64,000 nt of DNA from Candidatus Daviesbacteria bacterium (GCA_016187035.1 JACPKL010000010.1:26014-90013), one strand, 5' to 3'; counted from the stretch's first letter, positions 50,226 through 60,507 are shown. Program-made: numbers and translations. Notes: generated by a model from the letters alone, not told the origin.

Positions 50226-50288
50226 AAAAAACCTCCCTCAAGGGAGGTCCCATTGGTAAATATTAAGTAATCCGATCCTAAAAGTCAA
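50226..50288 (-). promoter_or_regulatory. promoter plus terminator-like leader hairpin hiding the SD
   Basis: TTGACT-17bp-TAATAT (50288-50260); ACCTCCC-TTGA-GGGAGGT followed by a U-tract ending 4 nt before ATG. Confidence 0.6.
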
Positions 50289-50314
50289 ATACACCTATCC
50301 TTCAAAGTTTTGTT

Positions 50315-50563
50315 TTACTGGTAATGATCATTAATATCTACAACTTCTATCTCACCTACCTCAATCATACCAAATATGGCTCTATATTTGTGATCGATTC
50401 TAAATGAATATAGATTAAGATCTTTGGGTTCTAGTTTTTCTGTATTAAGAGAGGGATGGGAAATATTTTCTTCAAGTAATTTAATTTGTTTGGTGTATTT
50501 TTCACTTAAATTGCGCTTGGTCAAATATTTAGCTAGCCTTACTTTAAGAGGTTTTATCTTCAT
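50315..50563 (-). CDS. RelE/ParE-superfamily type II toxin
   Basis: HPSLNTEKL, YSFRIDHKYRAIF; overlaps upstream RHH gene; start at MKIKPL. Confidence 0.8.
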   Translation of the reverse strand: MKIKPLKVRLAKYLTKRNLSEKYTKQIKLLEENISHPSLNTEKLEPKDLNLYSFRIDHKYRAIFGMIEVGEIEVVDINDHYQ

Positions 50564-50819
50564 AAAAAGAAGAGTCTTCAAGTCCTCGTATTATACTTTT
50601 AATGAACTTTTGGTTATATTTACCTGTTTTGAGCAGATCTGTTTCAACCTCTTCTAAGGGCTTTCTTACAAAGGATCTAAACTCAATTTCTCCGCTGGAG
50701 AAATATCTTCTTAGTAAACTTCTGATAAATTCAGAACGGGTTGCGAAACCCCGCCTTTTTGTCTCAGAATCAACGTTCTTTGCTATTTGATCTGGAAGAG
50801 AAATAGTGACGGTTGTCAT
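50544..50819 (-). CDS. ribbon-helix-helix (CopG-like) antitoxin
   Basis: MTTVTISLPDQIAKNVD...TRSEFIRSLLR; TTGACA promoter upstream; start at MTTVT. Confidence 0.8.
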   Translation of the reverse strand: MTTVTISLPDQIAKNVDSETKRRGFATRSEFIRSLLRRYFSSGEIEFRSFVRKPLEEVETDLLKTGKYNQKFIKSIIRGLEDSSFYEDKTS

Positions 50820-50878
50820 ATTACTAATATTTAACAATATTTGTGAATTTTTGTCAAGGTTTGGATAGATTCCAAAAG

Positions 50879-51409
50879 TCAACCCAACTGATAACTCCAT
50901 CCTGGTTGCCACTTAAATAGGGTTGTTGTCAAGGTTTCTAATGATACTCCTTTTATCCAATGCTCTAATCCAAATCGAGTGGCACGATGCCCAATAATCA
51001 TTACCTTTTTATCCTCATAATTTATCTTTAAATCATCCAAGAAATCCTTTATTCTTTTAGATGACTGTTCATAACTCTCACCATTCGGGAATGGTTCTGT
51101 TATATAATTAATCAGTTGGGGTTCCACTTCACTACTTGGATGCCTGGTTAAATCACCGTAATCACATTCCCTAAGTCTTGGATCTTTAATAATTGGAAAC
51201 TTTTTTCCAAAAGCAATTTCTGCGGTTTTGTATGACCTTTGTAAATCAGAGCAAAAGATAGTATCGAACTTTTGATCTTTATATCTTCTACCTAATTGTT
51301 TCGCTTGTTGCTCACCAAGTGATGAAAGCGTTATATCATTGTGTCCAGATGATAAGTAATTCTCATTATCCAAACTAGTAGCGTGGGTTTCAAAAATGAT
51401 TGTTATCAT
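50879..51409 (-). CDS. histidine phosphatase superfamily protein
   Basis: ETHATS (RHG variant), SDLQRSYKTA, LRECDYG, PNGES, IGH. Confidence 0.85.
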   Translation of the reverse strand: MITIIFETHATSLDNENYLSSGHNDITLSSLGEQQAKQLGRRYKDQKFDTIFCSDLQRSYKTAEIAFGKKFPIIKDPRLRECDYGDLTRHPSSEVEPQLINYITEPFPNGESYEQSSKRIKDFLDDLKINYEDKKVMIIGHRATRFGLEHWIKGVSLETLTTTLFKWQPGWSYQLG

Positions 51410-51413
51410 ATAC

Positions 51414-51441
51414 TTGCTCTAATGATTCGTATCATCTTAAT
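51414..51441. repeat. 28-bp site copy B, downstream of the TrpR-like gene
   Basis: ttgctctaatgattcgtatcatcttaat. Confidence 0.9.
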
Positions 51442-51446
51442 AGATG

Positions 51447-51893
51447 CTAAAAAGCCTTTTTGTCTTTGGATTTTTTCTCAAGTTCTTTTTTTAAATATCT
51501 CCATGCCCCACTACCTTTTCCTCTGGTTGCTGGAGTTATTAATACTTGAGCAGTTTTGTTAAGAATCTCTTTTAATTTTTCATCTCTTAAAATTCTGCTT
51601 ACAGCCTTTTTATAACCATTACTCCCATATTTTATAGCATTATTAACCACAGCCACCGTTTGGAAACTGACATGCAAAACTTTATTTATTTCCCGATATT
51701 CATATCCTTGAGTTAAAAGGAAAGCGATAGCTAATCTTTTAGTTAGCATTATTCGTTCTGTAGGGGTAAGTAAATCACTAACAATTTCATCTGCATCTTG
51801 AGAATTTTTAATCCCAATTAAAGTCTTCGTAAATATTTCCCAACATCTGTCATAAACATCTTTGGAGATTGGATATTTTGAAACTTGGGTCAT
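51447..51893 (-). CDS. TrpR/YerC-like HTH protein
   Basis: DLLTPTERIMLTKRLAIAFLLTQGYEYREINKVLHVSFQTV matches the Trp-repressor/YerC pattern. Confidence 0.82.
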   Translation of the reverse strand: MTQVSKYPISKDVYDRCWEIFTKTLIGIKNSQDADEIVSDLLTPTERIMLTKRLAIAFLLTQGYEYREINKVLHVSFQTVAVVNNAIKYGSNGYKKAVSRILRDEKLKEILNKTAQVLITPATRGKGSGAWRYLKKELEKKSKDKKAF

Positions 51894-51948
51894 TTGCTTT
51901 GATGATACGTATCATCTTAATAATAGTAAGAAAAATATACTATGTCAA
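51894..51948 (-). promoter_or_regulatory. sigma70 promoter and 28-bp site copy C abutting the start codon
   Basis: TTGACA(51948-51943)-17bp-TATTAT(51925-51920); perfect 16-bp palindrome GATGATACGTATCATC at 51901-51916. Confidence 0.85.
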
Positions 51949-51975
51949 TAATTTTGAGTATTTTGATATTGGAGT

Positions 51976-52367
51976 TTATTTTTTACTTTCGGATTTTCTA
52001 AATAAAGCAACTGCAATTTCTGCATTTGATGCACCCTGCTGGCTTAAGATAAGGATATTTTCTGCAAGCTCCCTTACTGATTGGACAGTATTATACCCAC
52101 TTTCTGGTAGAATGTCATAGCAGGTTCTGGGGCAGTTCTTAATCCATTAACTCCTTCTTGTCTAAGGTAAGCCTCTATTCCTTTTAGAATCTCACTTCCA
52201 GCAACAGCTGCATCTCCTTCATTTAGATCGTCTGGGGGAAACTTTGATAATTCTAAAGCCCTAGCAATTAAAGGATGGGATTGTCTATTGATTGGCCCAT
52301 TAGGAGATCTATGTTTAGCAACTTTTAGGGCAACAATTAGTCCCTCTACTTTTCTTTCTATTGGCAC
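51976..52367 (-). pseudogene. probable frameshifted hypothetical gene
   Basis: 97-aa ORF whose C-terminal part continues in another frame as YDILPESGYNTVQSVRELAENILILSQQGASNAEIAVALFRKSESKK*. Confidence 0.4.
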
Positions 52368-52462
52368 TTCAACTTGGATTGGATCATCAAACCACTGTTG
52401 GAGTGTACTTAATTTGGTTTACTGCTCTGGCTAATCTTCTAGTGGCAGCAAAATCTATAGGA

Positions 52463-52939
52463 TCACCAACGGAAGTGGGAGAATGCACGATTAGCAGCAG
52501 CTTGCCGTTGAACATCTTCTTTCTTCTTGATAGCAGCTCCAGCGCTATTTGCTGCCTCCATTAATTCTTTGGCTAATTTCTCATTAAAAGTATGAAACTG
52601 CTTATTTGATCTAGACTTTGCTGCTGCTAAAATCCACCTGATTGCCAAGGCTTCTTTTCTATCACCTCTAACCTCTACTGGCACCTGATAAGATGCACCA
52701 CCTACTCTTCTGGGTCTAACCTCCATTTTAGGAGATACATTTTGGATAGCTTTTTCCAGGATAGTTACTGGCTCTTGTTTTGTTTGCTCTTTGATTACCT
52801 TTAAAGCACCGTAAACAAGATCTTGGGCAATAGATTTTTTACCATCCATCATTATTTTATTTATCATCCTGGAGACTAATCTGGATCCATAAAGAGGATC
52901 AGGTGATAACAATTTCTTTGGAGCTTTTTTACTTCTCAT
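52463..52939 (-). CDS. rpsG: 30S ribosomal protein S7
   Basis: RRVGGASYQVP, ANRAFSHFRW. Confidence 0.97.
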   Translation of the reverse strand: MRSKKAPKKLLSPDPLYGSRLVSRMINKIMMDGKKSIAQDLVYGALKVIKEQTKQEPVTILEKAIQNVSPKMEVRPRRVGGASYQVPVEVRGDRKEALAIRWILAAAKSRSNKQFHTFNEKLAKELMEAANSAGAAIKKKEDVQRQAAANRAFSHFRW

Positions 52940-52942
52940 GTT

Positions 52943-53407
52943 TTAGGCTGCTGGTGTGGGTGTTACTTTAGGAGCAGCTGCTCTAGGAACAACCCCAGCA
53001 CCTCCTTTCTTAGTACCATATATGCTTCTACCTCTTTTTCTACCTACTACTCCGGCCAAATCCAGCTTGCCTCTAATTAAATGATATTTAACTCCAGGCA
53101 AATCTTTAACCCTGCCTCCCCGAACCAAAACTATACCATGTTCTGCTAAGCTGTGGCCTTCACCTTGGATATATGCTGTAACCTCTGTTCTGTTAGACAG
53201 CCTGACCCTGGCTACTTTTCTTAAAGCAGAGTTTGGTTTTTTAGGAGTCATAGTTTTGACTAAAGTAACTACACCCCTTTTTTGAGGGTTAAAATCTTGA
53301 GTATAATGTCTGTCTTTAGCATTAAAGCTACGACGCAGCGCAGTAGCTTTAATTTTTTTAGTCAGTCTTTTCCGACCTTTTCGAATTAATTGGTTAATTG
53401 TTGGCAT
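52943..53407 (-). CDS. rpsL: 30S ribosomal protein S12
   Basis: [26 protein letters not shown]. Confidence 0.98.
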   Translation of the reverse strand: MPTINQLIRKGRKRLTKKIKATALRRSFNAKDRHYTQDFNPQKRGVVTLVKTMTPKKPNSALRKVARVRLSNRTEVTAYIQGEGHSLAEHGIVLVRGGRVKDLPGVKYHLIRGKLDLAGVVGRKRGRSIYGTKKGGAGVVPRAAAPKVTPTPAA

Positions 53408-53410
53408 ATT

Positions 53411-56400
53411 TTATGATTCTATCTTAGCCCTTTCAGGACTGGTTGGTATTAAACGCCCAATTATAACATTCTCCTTTAATCCCACTAATCTATCAATCTT
53501 ACCTGACATAGCTGCATCTGATAAAACCGAGGTGGTTTCCTGGAATGATGCTGAAGACAAGAAACTCTCAGTCTGCAAAGATGCCCTGGTAATACCCAGG
53601 ATAATCACTTCTGCGGTAGCTGGTTCACCACCCCCTGCTAAAACTCGTTCATTCTCTTCCTCAAATCTTAATTTATCAATTACTTCTCCTGGTAACAGAT
53701 TAGTGTCACCTTGTGATTCAATTCTTACTTTATCAGACATTTTTCTAACAATTACTTCAAAATGCTTCTCGTTAATAGGCACACCTTGAGATTCATAAAC
53801 AGAACAGACTTCATCAACAATATATCGCTGAGCTGCTTGTAAACCTTGAGTCCGCAGTATTTCTTTTACATCAACATGCCCTGTTGCTAAAACTGTCCCA
53901 GCATCGATCAATTGATCCTCTCCCACTAGAAGAGTTGCTGTTGCGGGAATAACATATTCTCTTTCTTCGTGAGGTTTTTGGGTAGTCTTAACCCTAACTC
54001 TTATGCCTAGCTCTGTTTCGACAATAGAGATTTTACCAGCAATCTCTGCCAAAGGAGCTACCACTTTAGGCGTTCTAGCTTCAAACAGCTCTTCAACCCT
54101 AGGAAGTCCTTGAGTAATATCTAATCCCACAATACCTCCAGTATGAAAAGTACGCATAGTAAGCTGTGTGCCTGGCTCACCAATTGCTTGTGCAGCCACT
54201 ACTCCTACTGGGGTTCCTAATTTCACAAGCTCCCTTGTAGTTAAATCATACCCATAACAATAGCTGCATATGCCATATTTTGCCTCACAAGTCAATGGAG
54301 ATCGAGCCATCACGCTAGTCACACCTTCTTTAAGAAGTTTTTGAATAGTTTCCTCAGTTAATATTGTTCCCTCTTTAATTAATACTTTGCGACTACCTGG
54401 TTCTTTGATCTCTCCCAAAACCATTCTACCCAAAAGCTCTTCTCTGGCATGATTAAAGCTGCTTTTTGAGATAATGTATTCTAAACCAACCCTTGTCCCA
54501 CAATCCTCTATTCTGATTATCACATCATGTGCCACATCAACTAATCTTCTTGTTAAATAACCAGCATCTGCTGTTTTTAAAGCTTTATCAGCTACACCTT
54601 TTCTAGCGCCCCTAGCTGAGGTAAAGTATTCAAATACCGATAAACCTTGTCTATAATTTGACTTAGTCGGCAACTCAACTATTTTACCTGTTGGATCAGT
54701 AGATAATCCTCTCATAGCAGAAAGTTGCTTAGCTTGATCTCTTGAACCCCTAGCTCCAGCCTCTACCATCATCCTAATTGGGTTATCTGATCCTAAATGA
54801 TCCCAGGTAGCTGCTGATAAATCTTCTGTTGTCTTAATCCAAACCATTTGGGAGAGTTGTGATTTTTCTTGTGGAGTTATTAAACCTTTGATTACATTAG
54901 ATTCAATTTTTTGAATCTCCAACTCTGCCTCATCTAAATATCTTTGTTTATCAGGGACAATTTTAGCATCAAAAATAGAAATTGAAACCCCCGCAATAGT
55001 GGCTCCCCAAAAACCAATACTCTTGATATTATCAACTAATTCGGATACAGCTTCTTTATCCATCATATCCATAGCCTTTAATATAATGTCACGGATAGTT
55101 ACTCCTTTAATAGTCGAATTAAGAAATCTCATCTGAGATGGAAGCACTTGGTTAAATAAAATTCTACCAATTGATGTCTCAATAACTTCTTTGCCAATTC
55201 TAACTTGAATTCTTTGCTGGATTTTTACTTGCTTTACATGATAAGCTCTAATCGCATCCTCCTCGTTAGCAAAAAACTTTATCTTAGCAAAAGATGCTCT
55301 TTTCTCGCTTTCTTTTACCTCTGGAAGCGATGTAATATAGTAACAACCTAAAGCCATTTCTCTATTTGGCACAGTAATTGGTTGGGCATTAGCTGGACCA
55401 AAGATGTTTTCTCTTGCCAGCATTAAACTTTTTGCTTCCTCTTGGGCTTTGGCAGCAAGCGGAACATGAACTGCCATTTGGTCTCCGTCAAAATCAGCAT
55501 TAAATCCAGCACAGATACAAGGATGTATTTGAATCGCATGTCCATCTACCAATACAGGAAAAAATGCCTGAATACCTAATCTATGTAAAGTAGGGGCACG
55601 ATTAACTAAAATCGGATGGCCTTCTATAATCTCTTCTAGAATATCCCAAACCTCAGCAGAACGAGCTTCTAAAACATTTTTAGCCCCCTTAACATTAGAA
55701 GCTAAACCTCTGGCAATCATTTCCCTTAAAACAAATGGCTTAAACATTTCTAAAGCCATTTCTTTTGGCAAACCCACTTGGTTAAGTTTTAATCTTGGTC
55801 CAACCACAATCACAGATCTTCCTGAATAATCAACTCTTTTACCTAACAAGTTTTGTCTAAATCGACCTTGTTTTCCTCGAAGCATATCAGACAATGATCT
55901 CAAAACATGTGTCGTAGCTGGTCCACCCCTTCTAGATGTTCTTGAAGACGAATCTATTAATGAATCTACAGCTTCTTGTAACATTCTTTTTTCATTACGT
56001 AAAATAATTTCTGGAGCGCCTAAGTTTATTAATCTATTTAAGCGGTTATTTCTGTTAATTACTCTTCTGTATAAATCATTCAAGTCAGAAGTGGCAAAAC
56101 GCCCTCCAGGCAGTTGCACCATTGGACGAAGGTCCGGAGGCAAAACTGGTAGAACTCGCAAGATTAACCATTCTGGTTGGACTTGAGCAGAACGCATTCC
56201 TTCAATTAATCTCAACCTCTTAGTTGATTTAATATGTTTTTGGCCAGTTGATTTTCTAATTTCCTCCCGAAGAGTAGCTGACAGCTTATCCAAATCTAAT
56301 TTTTGTAAAACCTCAAGCAAGCTTTCAGCTCCCATTCCTACCTTAACAAAATCAGATACTCCATATTCTGACAATTTATAATATTCTTCCTCTGATAATA

Positions 56401-57121
56401 ACTTTAAAGGAGTAACACTTTTGACTAGATCTGACACAGCTTTAAATATTCCTTCAATTTGACCAACTTCAACCACTTGGTTATCTCTTAGTTTTTGAAT
56501 CTCATGTCTGTTTTTTATACTTAGCTCCTGAGATTCCAATTCAAACTTCTCTTTATCTAGTCTTTTTTTCAAATCAGTCAAATCTTTTTTCAACTGCTCT
56601 TCTAATCCTTTAATGCTTTTATCCAAATTAACCTTTGATTGTGCAAGCTTACTTGCCAAATCTTTCCCCAGTTTTTCTAAAGCAGCTCCTTTTTTTGTAG
56701 AATCAATACTAATAACTAAATAGGAAGCAAAATAAACCACAGCTTCTAAATTCTTAGGAGAAATATCTAAAATTAAGGATAATTTCGAAGGAGCGCCTTT
56801 GACAAACCAGGAATGAGCAACAGGTGAAGCCAAACTAATATGTCCCATTCTCTCGCGTCTAACTTTATTTTGAGTAACTTCAACACCGCATTTATCACAA
56901 ATTACCCCTCTAAATCTGATTCTCTTATATTTTCCACAATAACACTCATAATCTTTAGTGGGGCCGAAGATGTTCTCTGAAAAAAGTCCATCTTTCTCAG
57001 CTTTCAGGGTTCTATAGTTTATAGTTTCAGGCTTGGTAACCTCGCCAAAAGACCAGCTGCGGATTTGTTCTGGACTAGCTACTGTAAGTTTTAAAGCTTC
57101 AAAATCTAATAAATCATTCAT
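53411..57121 (-). CDS. rpoC: RNA polymerase beta-prime subunit
   Basis: NADFDGDQMAVH, GKRVDYSGR, GEPGTQLTMRTFH. Confidence 0.99.
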   Translation of the reverse strand: MNDLLDFEALKLTVASPEQIRSWSFGEVTKPETINYRTLKAEKDGLFSENIFGPTKDYECYCGKYKRIRFRGVICDKCGVEVTQNKVRRERMGHISLASPVAHSWFVKGAPSKLSLILDISPKNLEAVVYFASYLVISIDSTKKGAALEKLGKDLASKLAQSKVNLDKSIKGLEEQLKKDLTDLKKRLDKEKFELESQELSIKNRHEIQKLRDNQVVEVGQIEGIFKAVSDLVKSVTPLKLLSEEEYYKLSEYGVSDFVKVGMGAESLLEVLQKLDLDKLSATLREEIRKSTGQKHIKSTKRLRLIEGMRSAQVQPEWLILRVLPVLPPDLRPMVQLPGGRFATSDLNDLYRRVINRNNRLNRLINLGAPEIILRNEKRMLQEAVDSLIDSSSRTSRRGGPATTHVLRSLSDMLRGKQGRFRQNLLGKRVDYSGRSVIVVGPRLKLNQVGLPKEMALEMFKPFVLREMIARGLASNVKGAKNVLEARSAEVWDILEEIIEGHPILVNRAPTLHRLGIQAFFPVLVDGHAIQIHPCICAGFNADFDGDQMAVHVPLAAKAQEEAKSLMLARENIFGPANAQPITVPNREMALGCYYITSLPEVKESEKRASFAKIKFFANEEDAIRAYHVKQVKIQQRIQVRIGKEVIETSIGRILFNQVLPSQMRFLNSTIKGVTIRDIILKAMDMMDKEAVSELVDNIKSIGFWGATIAGVSISIFDAKIVPDKQRYLDEAELEIQKIESNVIKGLITPQEKSQLSQMVWIKTTEDLSAATWDHLGSDNPIRMMVEAGARGSRDQAKQLSAMRGLSTDPTGKIVELPTKSNYRQGLSVFEYFTSARGARKGVADKALKTADAGYLTRRLVDVAHDVIIRIEDCGTRVGLEYIISKSSFNHAREELLGRMVLGEIKEPGSRKVLIKEGTILTEETIQKLLKEGVTSVMARSPLTCEAKYGICSYCYGYDLTTRELVKLGTPVGVVAAQAIGEPGTQLTMRTFHTGGIVGLDITQGLPRVEELFEARTPKVVAPLAEIAGKISIVETELGIRVRVKTTQKPHEEREYVIPATATLLVGEDQLIDAGTVLATGHVDVKEILRTQGLQAAQRYIVDEVCSVYESQGVPINEKHFEVIVRKMSDKVRIESQGDTNLLPGEVIDKLRFEEENERVLAGGGEPATAEVIILGITRASLQTESFLSSASFQETTSVLSDAAMSGKIDRLVGLKENVIIGRLIPTSPERAKIES

Positions 57122-57153
57122 AAGTCACCTGCTTAAATTACTTAAGATATCTC

Positions 57154-60100
57154 CTACTTCTTTTCCATCTCACTAGCATCTATCACTTCAAAATTACTTG
57201 ATTCAGCTTCTAATTCTGATTCGTTGGCAGTAGGCTGCATTTCTAAAGTTTGCTCCAATTGAGCAACTTCCTGTTTTATCTCTGCCTTTTCCTCAGTTTC
57301 CTGAGTCTGGATCAATTTAGCTCCAATAGTGTCTACTGATAATCCTAATGCCTGAAGCTCTTTCACTAACACTTTAAACGATTCAGGAATTAAAGCCTGA
57401 GGAATTTCAATCCCCTTAACGATTGCCTCAAAAGCTTTAGCGCGTCCAACTACATCATCACTTTTAAGAGTTAACATTTCTTGTAGGATATGCGCTGCAC
57501 CATATGCTTCAAGCGCCCAGACTTCCATCTCTCCTAATCTTTGTCCGCCCATTTGGGCTTTTCCGCCTAGGGGTTGTTGAGTAACCAATGAATATGGACC
57601 AGTTGAGCGGGCATGGATTTTTTCTTCCACCATGTGGATTAATTTCAAAATGTAATTTCTGCCAACCACAATAGTTCTATCAAAAGGTTCACCAGTTTTT
57701 CCGTTAATTAATTTAACTTTACCATCAACTGGTAAATTAGCTTTTTTAAGCTCTTCAACCAACTTTTCCTCGGATAGCTTCTCAAAAACTGGCGCAGCTA
57801 CGTGATAACCTAATCTGGTGGCTGCAAATCCCCAATGAGTTTCTAAAAGTTGTCCCAGATTCATCCTTGATAGAACTGATAAAGGTGAGATGATAATATC
57901 AACTGGAGTACCGTCCTCTAAATGAGGCATGTCTGCAATAGGCACAATTTTTGAGATGACTCCTTTGTTTCCATGTCTGCCTGCTAGCTTATCGCCTTCG
58001 GTCACTTTTCTGATTTGAGCTACTTTAACTTTAATCCTCATTAAGATTCCTGTATCCAACTCATCTCCTTCTTCTCGGGATAGAATTTGTACTCCGATCA
58101 CAGTACCTCTTTCGCCGTGAGGAATCCTCAAAGAAGTATCTCTGATCTCTTTAGCTTTTTCTCCAAAGATAGCACGAAGCAACCTTTCTTCTGCAGTTAA
58201 TTCTGTTTCACCTTTTGGTTGCACTTTACCAACCAAAATATCATTTGGTCCAACCTCTGCACCAATTCTGACTATTCCTCTTTCATCTAAATTAGCCAAA
58301 GATTCTTCTGAAACATTCGGAATGTCGCGGGTTAATTCTTCAGGTCCTAACTTAGTTTCTACTACATCTATCTCATATTCTTCAATATGAATACTTGTTA
58401 AAAGATCCTCTTTGACTAATCTATCTGAAATGACAATGGCATCCTCGTATCCTAATCCCTCAAAGCTCATATAAGCAATCAGCAGGTTTTGGCCTAAGGC
58501 TAACTCTCCATTCTTTGTGGCAGCTCCATCAATCAACAGATCTCCTTTTTTGACCTTAGCTCCAATTTCTACCACTCCTTTTTGGGAATAACAAGTACCT
58601 TGAGGTGAATGAACAAATTTTTTAATTTCATATTTATATTCATTTTTTACAGCTTTCAAGATTAATTTTTTCCCATCAACATAAGTAACTACCCCATCCT
58701 CAGGTGCTTTTACTATCCTACCCATATTTTCTGCCACAATTTTTTCCATCCCTGTTCCTACCACAGGAGCAGAAGGAAGCAATAATGGAACTGCTTGGCA
58801 CTGCATCTGAGTACCCATTAAAGCCCTGTTAGCATCATCATTGGCTAAAAATGGAATAAGCGAAGCGGAAATTCCAAAAATCTGTTGAGGAGATATATCA
58901 ATTAAAGAAATATCTGAAGCTTTACCTTCATAGAAAACACCTTGATAACGGGTAGGTACCCGATCAGGAATGATATTGCCTCTATCATCAATTTCCACTG
59001 TAGCCTCAGTAATATGGAAATTCTCTTCATCATCAGCTGATAAGTAAATTATCTCATCTGTTACTTTATTTTTTCCTTTTTGCTGTATTATTTTTCTATA
59101 GGGAGTTTCCAAAAATCCGTATTCATTTATTCTGCAGAAAAGCGCCAAATAGGTAACCAATCCAATATTTTGCCCTTCTGGTGATCTGATTGGATCAATT
59201 CTGCCATACTGAGAATGATTAATATCTCTGACTGAGAAAGAAGCCCGATCTCTAGTTATTCCTCCAACACCCATAACAGACAATCTTCTTAAGTGGTCTA
59301 ATTCAGACAAAGGATTAACCTGATCTAAAATGCTAGAAAGTTGAGAGGAACGGAAAAATTCATTAATTGCCGCAATTACTGGCTTGGCATTGATTAAACC
59401 CCCAGGGGTCACTTCTTGATCCTGAGCCGTTAAACTCATTCTCTCTTTAATAATTCGTTCAAGTCTTAATACTCCAATCCTAAAAGCGTTTTGCTGTACT
59501 AATTCTCCAGCACATCTAACACGCCTGTTTGCTAAATGATCAATATCGTCTAATTTACCTTCTCTATTACTTAATCTAATTAGATATTTCAAAGCAGCGA
59601 TTATATCTGTTTTAGTTAAAATCCAATTCTCTTCAGTATTTGATAAGTCTAGATTTAATCTTTTATTAATTTTAAAACGGCCTACCTTGGTTAAATTATA
59701 TCGACGAGAGGCAAAAAACATGCCTTCGAGCAAAGCTTTAGCATTATCTAAAACAACCGGATCTCCTGGCCTCATTTTTCTAAAAATCTCAAGTAAAGCT
59801 TCCTCGCTATTTTCAGTTGGATCTTTAGATAAAGTAACCTCAATGAATTTGTTCTCACCATTATCAACATCCTTAAACTGCTCAATTATTGCATCAGTTT
59901 CAGAAACTCCAATTGCTCGAAGAAAGGTAGTTGCAGCAAATTTTCTTCTTCTATCAATCTTGGCAGTTAAAACACCTGTTCTAGAAACAGAAAACTCTAA
60001 CCAAGAACCTCGATAAGGACGGATTTCTGCAGAATATAATCTTTTACCAGTAATTGGATCATCCATTGCTGAAAAAAATACACCAGGTGAACGAACTAAT

Positions 60101-60507
60101 TGATTAATAATTACTCTTTCAACACCGTTAATAATGAATGTACCTTTATCAGTCATTTGTGGTATGTCTCCCAAAAACACTTCCTGCAAACTTTTCTGAC
60201 CTGTTTGTTTATTAATTAGAGTCGCTTCTATTTTCAGAGGAGCATCAAAGGTAACTCCTTTTTCTCTAGCTTGCTCAGCAGTATATTTACCTTTACCGAA
60301 ATAAAAGGACCCTAATTCTAGGGTCCAATTTTTTCCTGTAAAGTCCTCCACAGGAGAAATTTCAGCAAGGACTTCTTTAATACCTTCTTTAATAAACCAA
60401 TTATATGAATCTAGTTGAATTTGGATTAAATTCAATTGAGGAACCAAGTTTGGTGATTTACTCCAATATTTACGTTCGTTTTTCTGTATATCTAATTTCG
60501 CTGACAT
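57154..60507 (-). CDS. rpoB: RNA polymerase beta subunit
   Basis: GDKLAGRHGNKG, GGQRLGEMEVWA. Confidence 0.99.
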   Translation of the reverse strand: MSAKLDIQKNERKYWSKSPNLVPQLNLIQIQLDSYNWFIKEGIKEVLAEISPVEDFTGKNWTLELGSFYFGKGKYTAEQAREKGVTFDAPLKIEATLINKQTGQKSLQEVFLGDIPQMTDKGTFIINGVERVIINQLVRSPGVFFSAMDDPITGKRLYSAEIRPYRGSWLEFSVSRTGVLTAKIDRRRKFAATTFLRAIGVSETDAIIEQFKDVDNGENKFIEVTLSKDPTENSEEALLEIFRKMRPGDPVVLDNAKALLEGMFFASRRYNLTKVGRFKINKRLNLDLSNTEENWILTKTDIIAALKYLIRLSNREGKLDDIDHLANRRVRCAGELVQQNAFRIGVLRLERIIKERMSLTAQDQEVTPGGLINAKPVIAAINEFFRSSQLSSILDQVNPLSELDHLRRLSVMGVGGITRDRASFSVRDINHSQYGRIDPIRSPEGQNIGLVTYLALFCRINEYGFLETPYRKIIQQKGKNKVTDEIIYLSADDEENFHITEATVEIDDRGNIIPDRVPTRYQGVFYEGKASDISLIDISPQQIFGISASLIPFLANDDANRALMGTQMQCQAVPLLLPSAPVVGTGMEKIVAENMGRIVKAPEDGVVTYVDGKKLILKAVKNEYKYEIKKFVHSPQGTCYSQKGVVEIGAKVKKGDLLIDGAATKNGELALGQNLLIAYMSFEGLGYEDAIVISDRLVKEDLLTSIHIEEYEIDVVETKLGPEELTRDIPNVSEESLANLDERGIVRIGAEVGPNDILVGKVQPKGETELTAEERLLRAIFGEKAKEIRDTSLRIPHGERGTVIGVQILSREEGDELDTGILMRIKVKVAQIRKVTEGDKLAGRHGNKGVISKIVPIADMPHLEDGTPVDIIISPLSVLSRMNLGQLLETHWGFAATRLGYHVAAPVFEKLSEEKLVEELKKANLPVDGKVKLINGKTGEPFDRTIVVGRNYILKLIHMVEEKIHARSTGPYSLVTQQPLGGKAQMGGQRLGEMEVWALEAYGAAHILQEMLTLKSDDVVGRAKAFEAIVKGIEIPQALIPESFKVLVKELQALGLSVDTIGAKLIQTQETEEKAEIKQEVAQLEQTLEMQPTANESELEAESSNFEVIDASEMEKK

